A stretch of DNA of 43,778 nucleotides, the filler included, from Callorhinchus milii (lineage: Eukaryota), in NCBI RefSeq assembly GCF_018977255.1. It is 3 parts of 3 records of this genome, joined end to end, with 100 filler letters (N's around TTAATTAATTAA, not from the genome) between each part and the next. Parts side by side here need not be neighbours in the genome. Positions count along the whole stretch, not along the records: positions 1 to 12,915 come from NW_024706204.1; 2 more parts are not named here. One strand, given 5' to 3'. The notes below the pieces were generated by a model. The model did not search any database and had not been told where the DNA came from. It worked only from the letters and a program-made list of their open reading frames with translations. Position numbers and translations under genes: made by a program. Shown piece by piece: positions 1 to 11,159 of this stretch. Positions within the stretch are counted from its first letter, which is position 1, and each line of letters begins with the position of its first letter.

Positions 1-160
1 TCGATTAAAAAGTTCATCACTCGATCAAAGACTGTTTGCGAGACGCAGCTGTGTGCACTTAGCTGCCAGGTGTTGTCCACAAAATACACTGTCGATACAC
101 TTTGTCCTGTGAAGACAGTATAGATTATTCGGAAATTGATACGGCTTGATATGAAACGCA

Positions 161-480
161 GAGTCCTGTAGCTCAGTGGTTAGAGCACTCGCTTTGCAGG
201 TGAGAGACCTGAGTTCAATTCCAGGCAGGGCGAAACCTTGGGCAAGTTTCCTTACTCCACACGCCTAATAATAATCCCTCCAAAAAACAAAAACAATAAT
301 TAAATTGGTCATTTTCAATCTACGACTGTTTGTGGGACATTGCTGTGCGCAATTGGCTGCCGCGTTCGCCCACAAATATACAGTCAATTCACTTTACAGT
401 GTGTTCTGTGAAGCGCTTTGGGACGTCTTCCTGACGTGAAAAGCGCTATATCAAATGCAAGGATTATTATTATTATTATT
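161..480 (+). mobile_element. tRNA-derived SINE with L2-type tail, young full-length copy
   Basis: Pol III A box (tagctcagtgg) and B box (gttcaattcc), core gtgggacattgctgtgcgcaattggctgccgc, tail gtgaaaagcgctatatcaaatgcaagga(tta)n. Highly similar copies occur elsewhere in the window. Confidence 0.92.
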
Positions 481-1552
481 ATAGAGGCAATTATTATGAT
501 ACACATGTTGGTTTTGTTATTCAAAATTATGGTGATGGGTGTCCCGACCTGTGTCACACACCGAATAAGAACATTAAATGTGAATATATGAACAATCATT
601 CAACGAAATAAATCGTACAACGCAGTAACTTGCAGAATTGAATTATGCTAAGAAACTTGTGTTTTCTACCCAAACTGCTGTCACCATGAGGTTTTGAGCG
701 GAGAGCGGCAAGAAGGAAACTCTCAACGAATTGGGGGAGGGAAAGCTGAGAAACTGCTGACGTAACATGGCTCCTACACTTTCGCTTTGAACCCTCTGAA
801 TGGCTCGTTTCACCTCGTTACCAAATTGACACCTATCACCGTGGCTGTGAAGCCAACACACATTAGACTTTTGCCAGCCGTTTGCGCACACGCAGGGCTT
901 CACTGAATACAGCGGTTCTGCCTTCTTGTGACTGGCTATATCACAATAATCCTTGACATTTAATAGATCGAATAATTTCGCCTTTGATATGTCTCAATGC
1001 GCTTCACACAAAAAACTCTAAATTATAGTGACGGTGCATTTTGAAGACGAAACAGGATAATTATACCCAGAAAGTAAACCATCAATCGACTAACTACCAG
1101 ATTCCTACTTACTGCGCTGTAAACAGTGTTGAGTGAGGAGTAAGGAAATTTGACCAACAGTTGATCATGTCAGGAATATCTCTCGCTTGGGGCGATGGCT
1201 TTAATCCGTGAGCTACAGAACTCTACTGATGGTACATATATGTGAACTCGTTTGTGAGCGTTTGATGAACTTACATACGGGTGTATCTTGCTACAGGTTT
1301 CAGACATCCGATTGAACAAAAACATATTAGTGATGGAAGAGAACCAATGGAGGAGCGATACGGCAGAGCAGAGAAAATGACGCAGAGACACAAGGTTTGT
1401 ACGTAACCCTCAGACCATCTCCCTTACAGTGTACAGTAACTTCTCTAGGTTATTCCTGTTCAGTACTCCTCACCGTATCTTACTCTCTCCCAGCCAACAT
1501 TCTCCAACTGCACCATCAACGTTCCCTCAACGCCCTGTGACATTAAACACAA

Positions 1553-2688
1553 ATGATAATGTATACCTATGTGGTAGCAACCATCATTGCCTTATCAGGT
1601 AAGCGATAAACTCACTCTACCAGTCTGGTTCCTGTACATATTATCTGATGCTCAAGTTTTATTTGTGGAATTTATGGAGTTCTCTTTTGCAGAAGGCTGT
1701 AGATGCTTAGTCGATCTACAGGTCAAAACTGAGATTGATAGATTTCTAAAGGATAGAAGGTTTAAGGGATATAGGGATCCGGAGTGCAGATAGAGTTAGG
1801 TTAGAAGATCAGCCATGATATTATTGAGTGGCTAGGCTTGCTGGAGGGTCCGAAGGGCCTACTCCTGTTCCTGATTTCTATGTTCGTATGTTCCTATGTT
1901 TATTGTATAAAATAACCAATACGCTACCTGCCTCATGGAGACGTCTAGCTCAGCGGACAAGGAACTGGCCTCGTCAGCGAGATGACCTGGTTTCGATTCC
2001 CGGGCGAGACAGGGCTAAACCCTATGCAAGTTACCTTACACCACAAACACACATTCTGTTTGCCCAGAAGTCAGTATATACACGTTTGTTAATCGATTGT
2101 TGGAATACATTTCGTTTGTAAATAATCCTTAAAAAAATGTGTTCCGATATTAACATTAAGAATGGTGTCAATCATTCCATTTTTGTTTGTGGGTGAGTGT
2201 TGTGCGCAATTCGCTGCCACGTATCGCCCACAAACTACAAAGCAAAAGTGTATTATGTGAACCATTTGCAGACACCGCAACCATGTGATTAGGGGCTATA
2301 TCAAATCCAATAATTATTTATATTATTATTATTATAATTATTGCTGTTAAACGCTGATGTGTTTCTCTTTCCCAGGACATAGTGGAGGAAATTCTGTGAC
2401 ACAGCTGCAATCTACTGTGGCAGTGAATGAAGGGGAGGATGTTTATATGCAGTGTAATTACACAGCTACCAATACCATCGATCCCTATCTGTTCTGGTAC
2501 CGTCACTATCCCAATAAAGCTCCAGAATATATCCTAAGAACAGACACCAGCAACAAGTTCCCGGACCACGCGGACTTCGCAAAAGGACGTTTCTCAACGA
2601 ATGTGTCTAAAGGGGAGAGAACCGTCCCATTAAATATATCGCAAGTGAGAGTTGCAGACTCTGCGGGGTATCACTGTGCACTGAGCCC
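1553..2688 (+). CDS. TCR alpha/delta V segment V1, join(1553..1598,2376..2688), intact
   Basis: Leader MIMYTYVVATIIALS-G ends at a G|GTAAG donor, with acceptor tttcccag at 2375. V exon reads HSGGNSVTQ...MQC...FWYRH...DSAGYHCALSP with Cys23, Trp41 and Cys104. RSS is cacagag (2689-2695), 23-bp spacer, acaagaaca (2719-2727). Confidence 0.93.
1690..1898 (+). mobile_element. CR1-like LINE 3' end in the V1 intron
   Basis: End of the RT frame (QVKTEIDRFL) followed by the typical shark CR1 3' UTR (gatcagccatgat...ggcctactcctgttcct...tatgtt repeats). Confidence 0.75.
1945..2340 (+). mobile_element. Older SINE copy in the V1 intron
   Basis: tagctcagcgg...gtttcgattccc head, degenerate core, gctatatcaaat and (tta)n tail. 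Confidence 0.75.
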
Positions 2689-4312
2689 CACAGAGGTACA
2701 GATCAGTGATTCTGCCCTACAAGAACAGCCTGTATATAAATGTTTATAGCACTCGCCTCGAAAGCAACCAAGCAAGCAAGATACGTGGGTTCAATTCACG
2801 GCAAAGTGTTTTGTGGCGTTTCGAAGATCTGATTTTGCACTGTACTAAATGCAACGATACTTATTATTAAGTCCGATCATGGTATTTTCACATAAATAAC
2901 TTCATATATTTTGCATTCTGCGGAGAACTGCACATAGAAGTGTCTTCCTTTGCTATTTGAAAAAGTAATAAAAAATAAGAAACTGTAACTTGAATTTACG
3001 TCGTGAAATTCATAACGGGAAAGTTATGACGGGCCGAAAACTTTTTGCTATCAACTGTCTCCAAATGTACACATGCTGTAGCTCCAATCCACCAGCAGAT
3101 GTCGCACTAAGAAATATTATAACATGAGCTGCGACTGACATAACTTGTCACGTTCCTTTCTGTAACTAACTTCCTTGGCAGCAATAACAGTTGTTTCCTG
3201 TTACAAATGACATACTTTCCTGACATACACCGTTGCTGCTTCAGTTGACGTGTAAAAACCGTGTCTAAAAGATGATTGGCACAAAATTTAGATTACTCAA
3301 GAAACATTATTTGTGTCACTTTTTCCATGTGTTGACATTCTCCAAAATAAGTAGCCGCCTTTATGTGGATCTCACTGCGATAATTAATGTGATACATTTT
3401 GTTAAGTGAAATATGGTCATTTATTTCGGTTTAATTTGTAAGCGAGAATACAACTGACATAGCTTCAGTTAATGTAACAATTGAAGCGTTATCTCCGATA
3501 TAATGTGAGCTCAAACTGCCAATCTGGGTCCAGAACCAACAACATTCGGACTTATAAAAGAAAATACCATTAACAAAGGCAGATTTTCAGCTCAGCCTTG
3601 ATGATGGAAAGTAAACCTTTTTTTATAGCTAGGCTGCATGGCACAAAATCCTTTAACTTAATGCATTCAGAACAGTAACGAAAATAATAATGAGTCTTAC
3701 GGTTCATATAGCGCAATATTGCGTGAAGGAGGCGTCTGAAAGCGCTTCACAAATGTACAGTAAAGCAAATTGTTCGTGGTTGAAACGCACAACTCGTATC
3801 CTATCCCAGACCCATTGGCTTCCAATCCTCGACAGATCAAGTTCAAGATCCTCATAGGAGAAAGTAACATCAAAAGAGGAAGGTTGTCAACTCACCGTTG
3901 ATGACAGTCACTAAAGCTATATTCCTTCAGGCTCTGCTGCATGGCTCAACGGTCCAAATGAATGAATTCAGTATAAAAACAACATTTAAAATTAAATGAA
4001 TATTTTCATTTGACATAGTGCCTGATCGCGTCTTGAAGACATTTCAAAGCGCTTCACACAACACACTGTAAAGAAAATTGTTAGTGGGTGAAACGTGCGT
4101 CAATATTCCCATCCTAGACCGGACCCATTGGCTCCCAATCCCCGACAGATCAAGTTCAAGAACCTCTGTTTAGTGGGAAACGCCTACAATCGGAGACAGT
4201 AAACCACTGAACCATCAGATCAGCCGCTTCCTCACAACTCGTCACTGAAGCAGCGACACAGCGATATACAAAGGAAGAGATCCCATTATCTGTCCACACC
4301 TCAGCAGCCAAC

Positions 4313-5196
4313 ATGACAGCTCACTGCCAGTTACTGATAGCCATCCTCACCATAGCCAGTAAGTATGTGTGGACATGCACAGAGCATGATTTGTACAGCA
4401 TATAATATCAGATGCTTAATGTTAGAGCAATCGCCTCGGAAGCGACAGGACCTGTGTTCGATTCCCGGGCAGTCGAAACTTTCAGCAAGTTTCACGCTTC
4501 GGTTTTAAGTGGGAACCGAGGGTAATAACCCATTAAAAAAAACAGTTATCAATAATCTGATCATTCAATCTATGGTTTTTTGTTGATGTTGTTGGACAAT
4601 GCTGTGCTTACTTAGCTGTTCAGGTTCATCTAAAAAATATAGTCAATTCGGTTTACAATAGTAATAATAATCCTTTCATTTGATATAGCGCTTTTCACGT
4701 CGGGAGGACGTCCCAAAGCGCCTCACAGAACACACTGTAAAGTGAACTGATTGTATATGTGTATTCTCTTGGCTCTTTGAGACTCTAGACTTTGTGATAA
4801 GGCGCTATATAAAAAGGAATAATTATTATCTTAATGATGAATTGAAATTATCACTGAGCGTTGCTCAGCCTAATGTCTTGGTTTTGCTGTTCTTGCAGAA
4901 GTCCGTGGACAAGATGTTGTATCCCAATATCCTCCCGAGATAACAGATATTGAAGGAAAAGACGTGACACTAAAATGTAATATTTCAACATTGAACACTG
5001 CCTTCTGGTACAAGCAATATCCCGATGGAAACCTTCATTACTTGTTCAGGATATATACCTCTGGAAAAGTAGACAAATCTCCTGATCTACCTGAACGTTT
5101 CACAGCCGAGCTGATGAAGGAGAATAAAGTAATTAAGCTGCAGATACTCGGGGCTGTTGTGGGTGACAGCGCTGTGTATTACTGTGCACTGGAGCC
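4313..5196 (+). CDS. TCR alpha/delta V segment V2, join(4313..4358,4899..5196), intact
   Basis: Leader MTAHCQLLIAILTIA with A|GTAAGT donor and acceptor ttcttgcag at 4898. Exon reads (K)VRGQDVVSQ...TLKC...FWYKQ...GDSAVYYCALEP. RSS is cacactg (5197-5203), 23 bp, acaaaaact (5227-5235). Confidence 0.94.
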
Positions 5197-8029
5197 CACA
5201 CTGTTACAGGAAGGCTGATTCCCCGTACAAAAACTCAGCAGGCAGTCATATCTTGCTCTCACACATTTCACTTGGTGCTTTCAACAGACTGACAAACTTA
5301 TGCAATGATAACATGGAGGTTGGTGTAGCTCAGTGGTCATAGCACACGCCTCACAAGCGACTGATGCTGTTTCAATTGCCAGCAGAACAAAACGTTGTGC
5401 AAATTTCCTTATTCCACACACCGGTCTCTGTTTGCAAGCAGTAAGTAGCAAGCAGGTTGTTAATCGTTCGGCGGTTCGATTTTCCAGAGGTAATAATGCA
5501 TTCGGAATAATAGTGTTGAGAATAAATTGGACGCTTTATCCAATGGGACAGCGATGCGTGCAATTTGCTACCGTACTTTACACACACAATATACAGTCAT
5601 TCCGTTTACTGTATATTGAAAGAAGCACTGTGCGGTGTCTCGAAGATATGATATCGCGCTATATAAAAAACAACTATTATTATTATCATTGTAATTAACT
5701 GGAGTCATGTTATCATCCAAGCAGTAAATCAATAAAAATCTATTGCTTTCTGGGGAGCTCTGCCACATGCAAGTTCCTTTCCATGCTGCTTTAGTCAGTA
5801 AGAATATATCAAAACATACAAGTTCCATTTATGTTGTTTACACAAAATTTTTTAAATCTATTTATGGAGAAACTGTTTCCTCTGGTGGATGGGGGAAAGC
5901 ATAGCAATGGTGATTTAGAGCCAGTCCTGTTAGCAGTGAAATGGGAAGATCCAAATTACGAAATATTTGAATAAATCAGGAAAACTTCCACAAAGAATCT
6001 GAGGATGTTTTTTCCATTTGTATTTTCCAGACTGAGTTGGATGCATTTATTTTATCTCAGAATTTGAAAGGGTACGGAGAAAAGGCAGGAATGTGAGTTG
6101 AGAGATAGATCAGCCACGATGTAACCTAACGTTGCAACAGGCTCAAGGAGCTGATATCCTCCTCGTATTCCTATTTAGCGCTTTCCACGTAGGGGAGCGA
6201 CTTGGCGAGTCACTAAAGAAAGAAAACAATTTAGTGTATTTACGGCATAGAAGAATGAAAATTAATTTACGTTTTAGGTCTGGAGAACACGTTTACCTTG
6301 GGACGTCCTCCTGACATGAAACAGCATTACCTAATTGCCAGTCTTCTGTTATTCTGTTGTAAAATGCTCAAAGTCAGCTAAGTGTTTAGTCAAATAATAT
6401 AATCGATGAAGTCAAACGGCAAGGAATTGAATTAAAATTGGAAAGCAAGTGGGGCAGCGAGTGTTTGCACTGAGACACGTCAAGTTAAGTGAATGTGAAT
6501 GACATTTTACTCGAGTGTTCCAGGCAAGAACAGAAAATATGAGGAAAGATCGTGGAAATGAGACTAATGTATAAAATTTCAGTGTTCAAGACGGCACCAA
6601 GGAAAGGCAAGACGGGCCCAAAATAATTATGCTATGAAACCTCTCCAATCGAATACGTGCTCTAGCGACAATCCACTAGCAGATATCATACTAAACGAAC
6701 ACATACAACAAATGATCTGCAACTCACATAAGTTGTCAAGTTCCTTTCTGTAAGTAACTTCCTTTGCAAAGGTAACAGGTTCTTCCTGTTGCATTTCACA
6801 TAGTTAACTCATACACACTATTGCTGCTTCAACTGAAATTTACAAATATTTACCTAAAGTATTAATACAAGAATTAGGTTGCCCAAGTAACAATTTCTAT
6901 CGCACATATTCTATATTGTTCCATTTTTCCCCAAATAGCAGCCGCTGCTAAATTGTATTCCCTACTATATAGCAATTCTCTCTTGAAAGTTGTTAGATTA
7001 TCGGCTTCTGCCACCCTTTCAGGCAATGCGTGCAAGATCAATATAACTCGCCGTGCGAAAAAAAAGTACTTATCCCCTCCTCACCTTATGTTCAGGCAAC
7101 TACACTGAACGTGAATATTAAGCTATTTAATAAGTTTATTACCATATAATTAAAAAAGATCATTGACATTTCATCCCGCAACTGAAACATTCAAAAGCAA
7201 CCGAAGTGCTCACTGTGTAAAATATATTGGATTAATTTCTGATGTTCTGTGTTGACATACCAGAGCTGGCCTGGCTGTCGGGTTAGCTTTCCCTACCAAG
7301 GAGATATTAAACCCAGGTCCAGGCGGCTTGCATGAAGGGAGTGTAATGATACCATTGCACTACTTGAGAAAGAACAAGGTTTCTACCTACAGACTTTCCA
7401 TTGGTAAAATTCATCTTTCATTCGTAGCTATTTGTGGGACAGTGTTGTATACAAATTGGAGGCTAAACTGACAAATTCTGTACTTGATATTATAACTTGC
7501 GGGGAAGTTTGAGGCGAACCGACGAAATGACCGACTGCATTTGATCAAACCATTTCTCAAACACAATTAATGAACACTATTGTAAGGGCATGTCTTATTC
7601 AACATTGTAATAATAACGCTAATAAAAGTAAATGCTGCATTTGATATACTGCCATATTACGTCATTGAGACGTCTCAAACCTCTTCACAGAAAACGCTGA
7701 AAAGTGGAGTGTCTATTGTTTTATGCCAATTGTGTACAACAGTGTCCCACACAAAGTTGTGGTTTGATTTGCATTATTTTGCGGCACAGTGTGTGTGTGT
7801 GGAAAGTGTAGGTGCGTGGGGTGGAGGCTGTGTGTGGGGGGCATTTAATTGTGTTGTGTGGGCCAAAGGCGTTTGCCAAATGTGTAAAACAGTGGCCCAC
7901 ACAATGTTGTGGATTGAGTGACCTGATTGTGTGGCACTGTGTGTGTTTGTGTGCGGGGAGTGGAGGGGGCGGGGCGCTGTGTGGGCGGAGCGCTGTAAAG
8001 TAACGGCAGTGATTGGGCGATGCGGCTCA

Positions 8030-8260
8030 GTGCGGGCGGGGCAGTGACTGAGTGACGTTGCTCTGTGGGCGTGGCAGTGGCAGTGTGGGCGGGGCTATGC
8101 GTGGGCGGGGCAATGGCTGAGTGACGTAGCTCTGTGGGCGTGGCAGTGGCTGTGTGGGCGGGGCTCTGTGTGGGCGGGGTAGTGACTGGGTGACGTAGCT
8201 TTGTGGGCGTGGCAATGACTGTGTGAGCGGGGCTCTGTATGTGGGCGGGGCTGTGACTGT
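8030..8260 (+). repeat. 69-bp-unit GC-rich minisatellite (~3.3 copies) upstream of the V3 leader
   Basis: TGACGT recurs at 8053, 8122 and 8191 (69-bp period), with multiple GGGCGGGG boxes. Confidence 0.9.
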
Positions 8261-8331
8261 GTGTCTACTGAGCCCCAAAGCCCCATCAATCCACATTGGG
8301 GAGTTAATGTCAGACACGGGATCAGGTGCTC

Positions 8332-9107
8332 ATGTGGGAGACATGTGCTGTGCTCTCAATCACTCTCAGCTTACTTTGCCGTTAGCAACTTTTGTATACC
8401 ATCTTTTTCTAATATCTTGTTATACCTTTTGCCGCATTATAATATTAATAATCAATGCATTTGATATAGTGCCTTATCCTTCATTGGAGCCGATTATGCA
8501 CAGCAGTTTTCTTCAAATAATCATGGATTGAATGACCAAATTATTATCTGTTTCATTATTGATTCATTATTGAAGGGCTGATTACCCCTGGAAAAGAGAG
8601 GCGCCAATCGACTTGTAAACGCGTTCCTATTTACTGCTTCTTAAACAAAGGCGTATGGAATAGGGGAAATTTCCTCAGCATTCCCTTTTCCTGATATCAA
8701 AGCCGCATAACTCTTGCTTCTTAGGCGAATGCTCTCAGCAACACACTACAGTCTCCATATTAGACAAACTTGCTGCTCAACAATATTTTCTTTTAAATCA
8801 CAGGAAACAGCCTGCAAGACATTGTGAATCAACCGATTGCTGAAATATCAGTTGAAGAGGGAAAAGATGTGAAATTATCCTGCACCTTAAAGAAAATAAG
8901 TGACGCCTACAGTCTCTTTTGGTATCGGCAAACCTCCAGGAACGCTCTTGTCTACATTCTTCTGTCTGTTGTAGGGAAGGATAATAAGAGCCCTGACTTC
9001 CCAGATCGATTTACCTCCAATGTCGATAAAACGAGCGAAGATTTCAAACTGAGTATTGCCACCGTCCTGATCGGGGACAGTGCCGTGTATTACTGCGCCA
9101 AAGAGCC
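8332..9107 (+). CDS. TCR alpha/delta V segment V3, join(8332..8380,8804..9107), intact
   Basis: Probable leader MWETCAVLSITLSLLC with C|GTTAG donor and acceptor atcacag at 8803. Exon reads NSLQDIVNQ...KLSC...FWYRQ...GDSAVYYCAKEP. RSS is cacactg (9108-9114), 23 bp, acaaaaact (9138-9146). Related to V2 (GKDVxLxC, KSPDxPxRF). Confidence 0.92.
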
Positions 9108-10705
9108 CACACTGCTGCCGATCAATGGCGACTCCGTACAAAAACTCCAAATGGTTGTTTTGCTACTGAACCGCCAGGGGACGCCGTTGCATAAAACTGA
9201 TTTTATGTCTGTTTAAATATAGAGAAAACCGGTCAAGCATTTGGAGACACATGAAAAAGTATTGTTTATTCTTTTATTATGCAAGCTGCACTTAAAACAT
9301 AACCATTCTAATAAATTAGAGTGGAACATGTCGAAAGTCCTGTAGTCATTGGTTGCAGGTTAGAGTATTTACCTCGCAAACAAGAAGACCTGGGTTCGAT
9401 TCCCGGGTGGGATTAAACAGTGGCCTAAATTCTTTGCTCCACATGTATACCACTGTATACCTAGCAGTAATATGAACACGATTTGTAAGTCGACTGGTGG
9501 ATGGCTTTTCCAGTAGCATCAATTCACTGAAAAAAAATGTGTTCTCTCAATCTTTAACTGTTTGTGGGCAATATATTATCACTTTTCACCCCCAAAATTA
9601 CAAAATCTAAAAACTGTACTGTATATTCTGCAAAGCAAATAAGACGTCTCAACGGCCTGGTAAGGTATGGCATGACACCAAGTGAAAACATTTATGAGTT
9701 CACCGTAACAAATATATTTCGCTCCCTGAACACTGAGTGACACTGGTTCGCTGGTATTTTGACCACACATCACTGGCTTGAAAGCCTGCGAAAAATGGTT
9801 CAATAAAGCATGTTTCTGTTCCCCACTTCTAATCATTTTCATAATGTTACCAGCCGCATACCTTTGCTTGGTTTACACTTTCCATTGTGAACAACAGATA
9901 TGCACGAAACGTAGAGTATTGGAAACAAAGTTTATTAAAAAAGTGTAGGCGATCACAGTCGACACAATGATAGGGAGTATCAGGATTCTCTCACTGTTCT
10001 GCTCCCACGTTCACTGGAAAATTATTCCTTATATCCTATACTATCCTACATCTGTTTGTACGGAACCCAGAGAAACTCTTTATCTCATTCCCTTCAGCAC
10101 AAAGTTATTCACACACTATTCCTGCAAGTCTACCAATTATCAAGTTACGGGGTCTCCGCCGAACTACATATTGGTCCTATAGTTTAATGGTTAGAACTAT
10201 CTCCTCGCAAGCAGGAAAACGAATGGCGCATCGGTATCCGGGGTAATAGTAACTTACAAAATGTTGTGAATTGTTCACCCAATCAACGACTGTTTGTGTG
10301 CTTCTGCAATGCAAACGTGGCTACCACGCATCGCTCTGTAAATAGAGTCAATTAATTTCACTGCATTTTCCGCGAAGCATTTCGAGACTTATCCAAGACA
10401 CTTTAAGGCGGTGTATCAAATACAAGGATTATTATTATTATTTGTAGCTTTCCTTGAGTCTTTGAAACTAGCTTTCGCTACACTGTCTCTTTCACAAATT
10501 GCTCTGGTTTGCCACAGTGAGGGAAAGGGAATCTGAACTTAAACGATAGGAGGTGTCGCAATACTCCTCCAGAGACAAGACAACGTCGCGGCGCTAAGAG
10601 ACAACTCGTCAAGTGAAGAAGCGTTCTAAAGCGAGGAGCTGCATTTAGATTATTCCCTCTGGCATTTCAACCAAAGATTTTAACGTGAATCGACGAGAGT
10701 TGAAA

Positions 10706-11159
10706 ATGAAGCAGATATACAGCAGAACGTATATTATTTTGAATTTAATAATATCTCTACCTTGTAAGTAGGTTATGAGTTAGGGCAAACTCATTCTTAT
10801 ATTCCTGTTAAATAATTGCTAAATGTCCTGGCAATTATTCTCTGAATTTCGTTTCAAAAACTTACATTTTTATTCTCAGGTGTCCATGCTGAAATCAATG
10901 TGTCACAGAGACCTCAGGCCGTGACAGAGAATGAAAATGGGAATGTATCTGTGGAGTGCACCAACACTGAATCCACGAATGCCATTCAGTGGCACACACA
11001 GTACGGAAACCGCTCCATCCGGTTCTTGGTTTTGGGAACAAGAGACATCAATGTTATTGACAGGATAAGCGCTTTGGCTATTCCAGGACAGAGAAACTGC
11101 ACTCTAACCATCCAAAACCTGCGAGTGACAGACACCGCCACTTACTTCTGTGCAGCGAG
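10706..11159 (+). CDS. Divergent TCR alpha-like V segment V4, join(10706..10763,10880..11159), open frame with atypical RSS
   Basis: Leader MKQIYSRTYIILNLIISLP with T|GTAAGT donor and acceptor ttctcag at 10879. Exon reads VHAEINVSQ...SVEC...QWHTQ...DTATYFCAAS. RSS is cacagtg (11160-11166), 21 bp, acaaaaata (11188-11196). Confidence 0.88.

Noticed and set aside
161-240. tRNA-like A/B boxes here and at other SINE heads
   Set aside because: They are SINE heads followed by the SINE core and tail, with no complete cloverleaf; not tRNA genes.
780-900. Minus-strand C1-set-like pattern (CVLASxPR...SIW*RGE), also near 11940-12050
   Set aside because: Spacing is off, there are stops in both copies, and no second Cys; too weak.
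8027-8317. Pro-rich repetitive ORFs (TQSLPRPQ repeats)
   Set aside because: A by-product of the 69-bp minisatellite having a unit divisible by three.
10513-10519. cacagtg upstream of the V4 leader
   Set aside because: No nonamer at either spacing and no coding segment.
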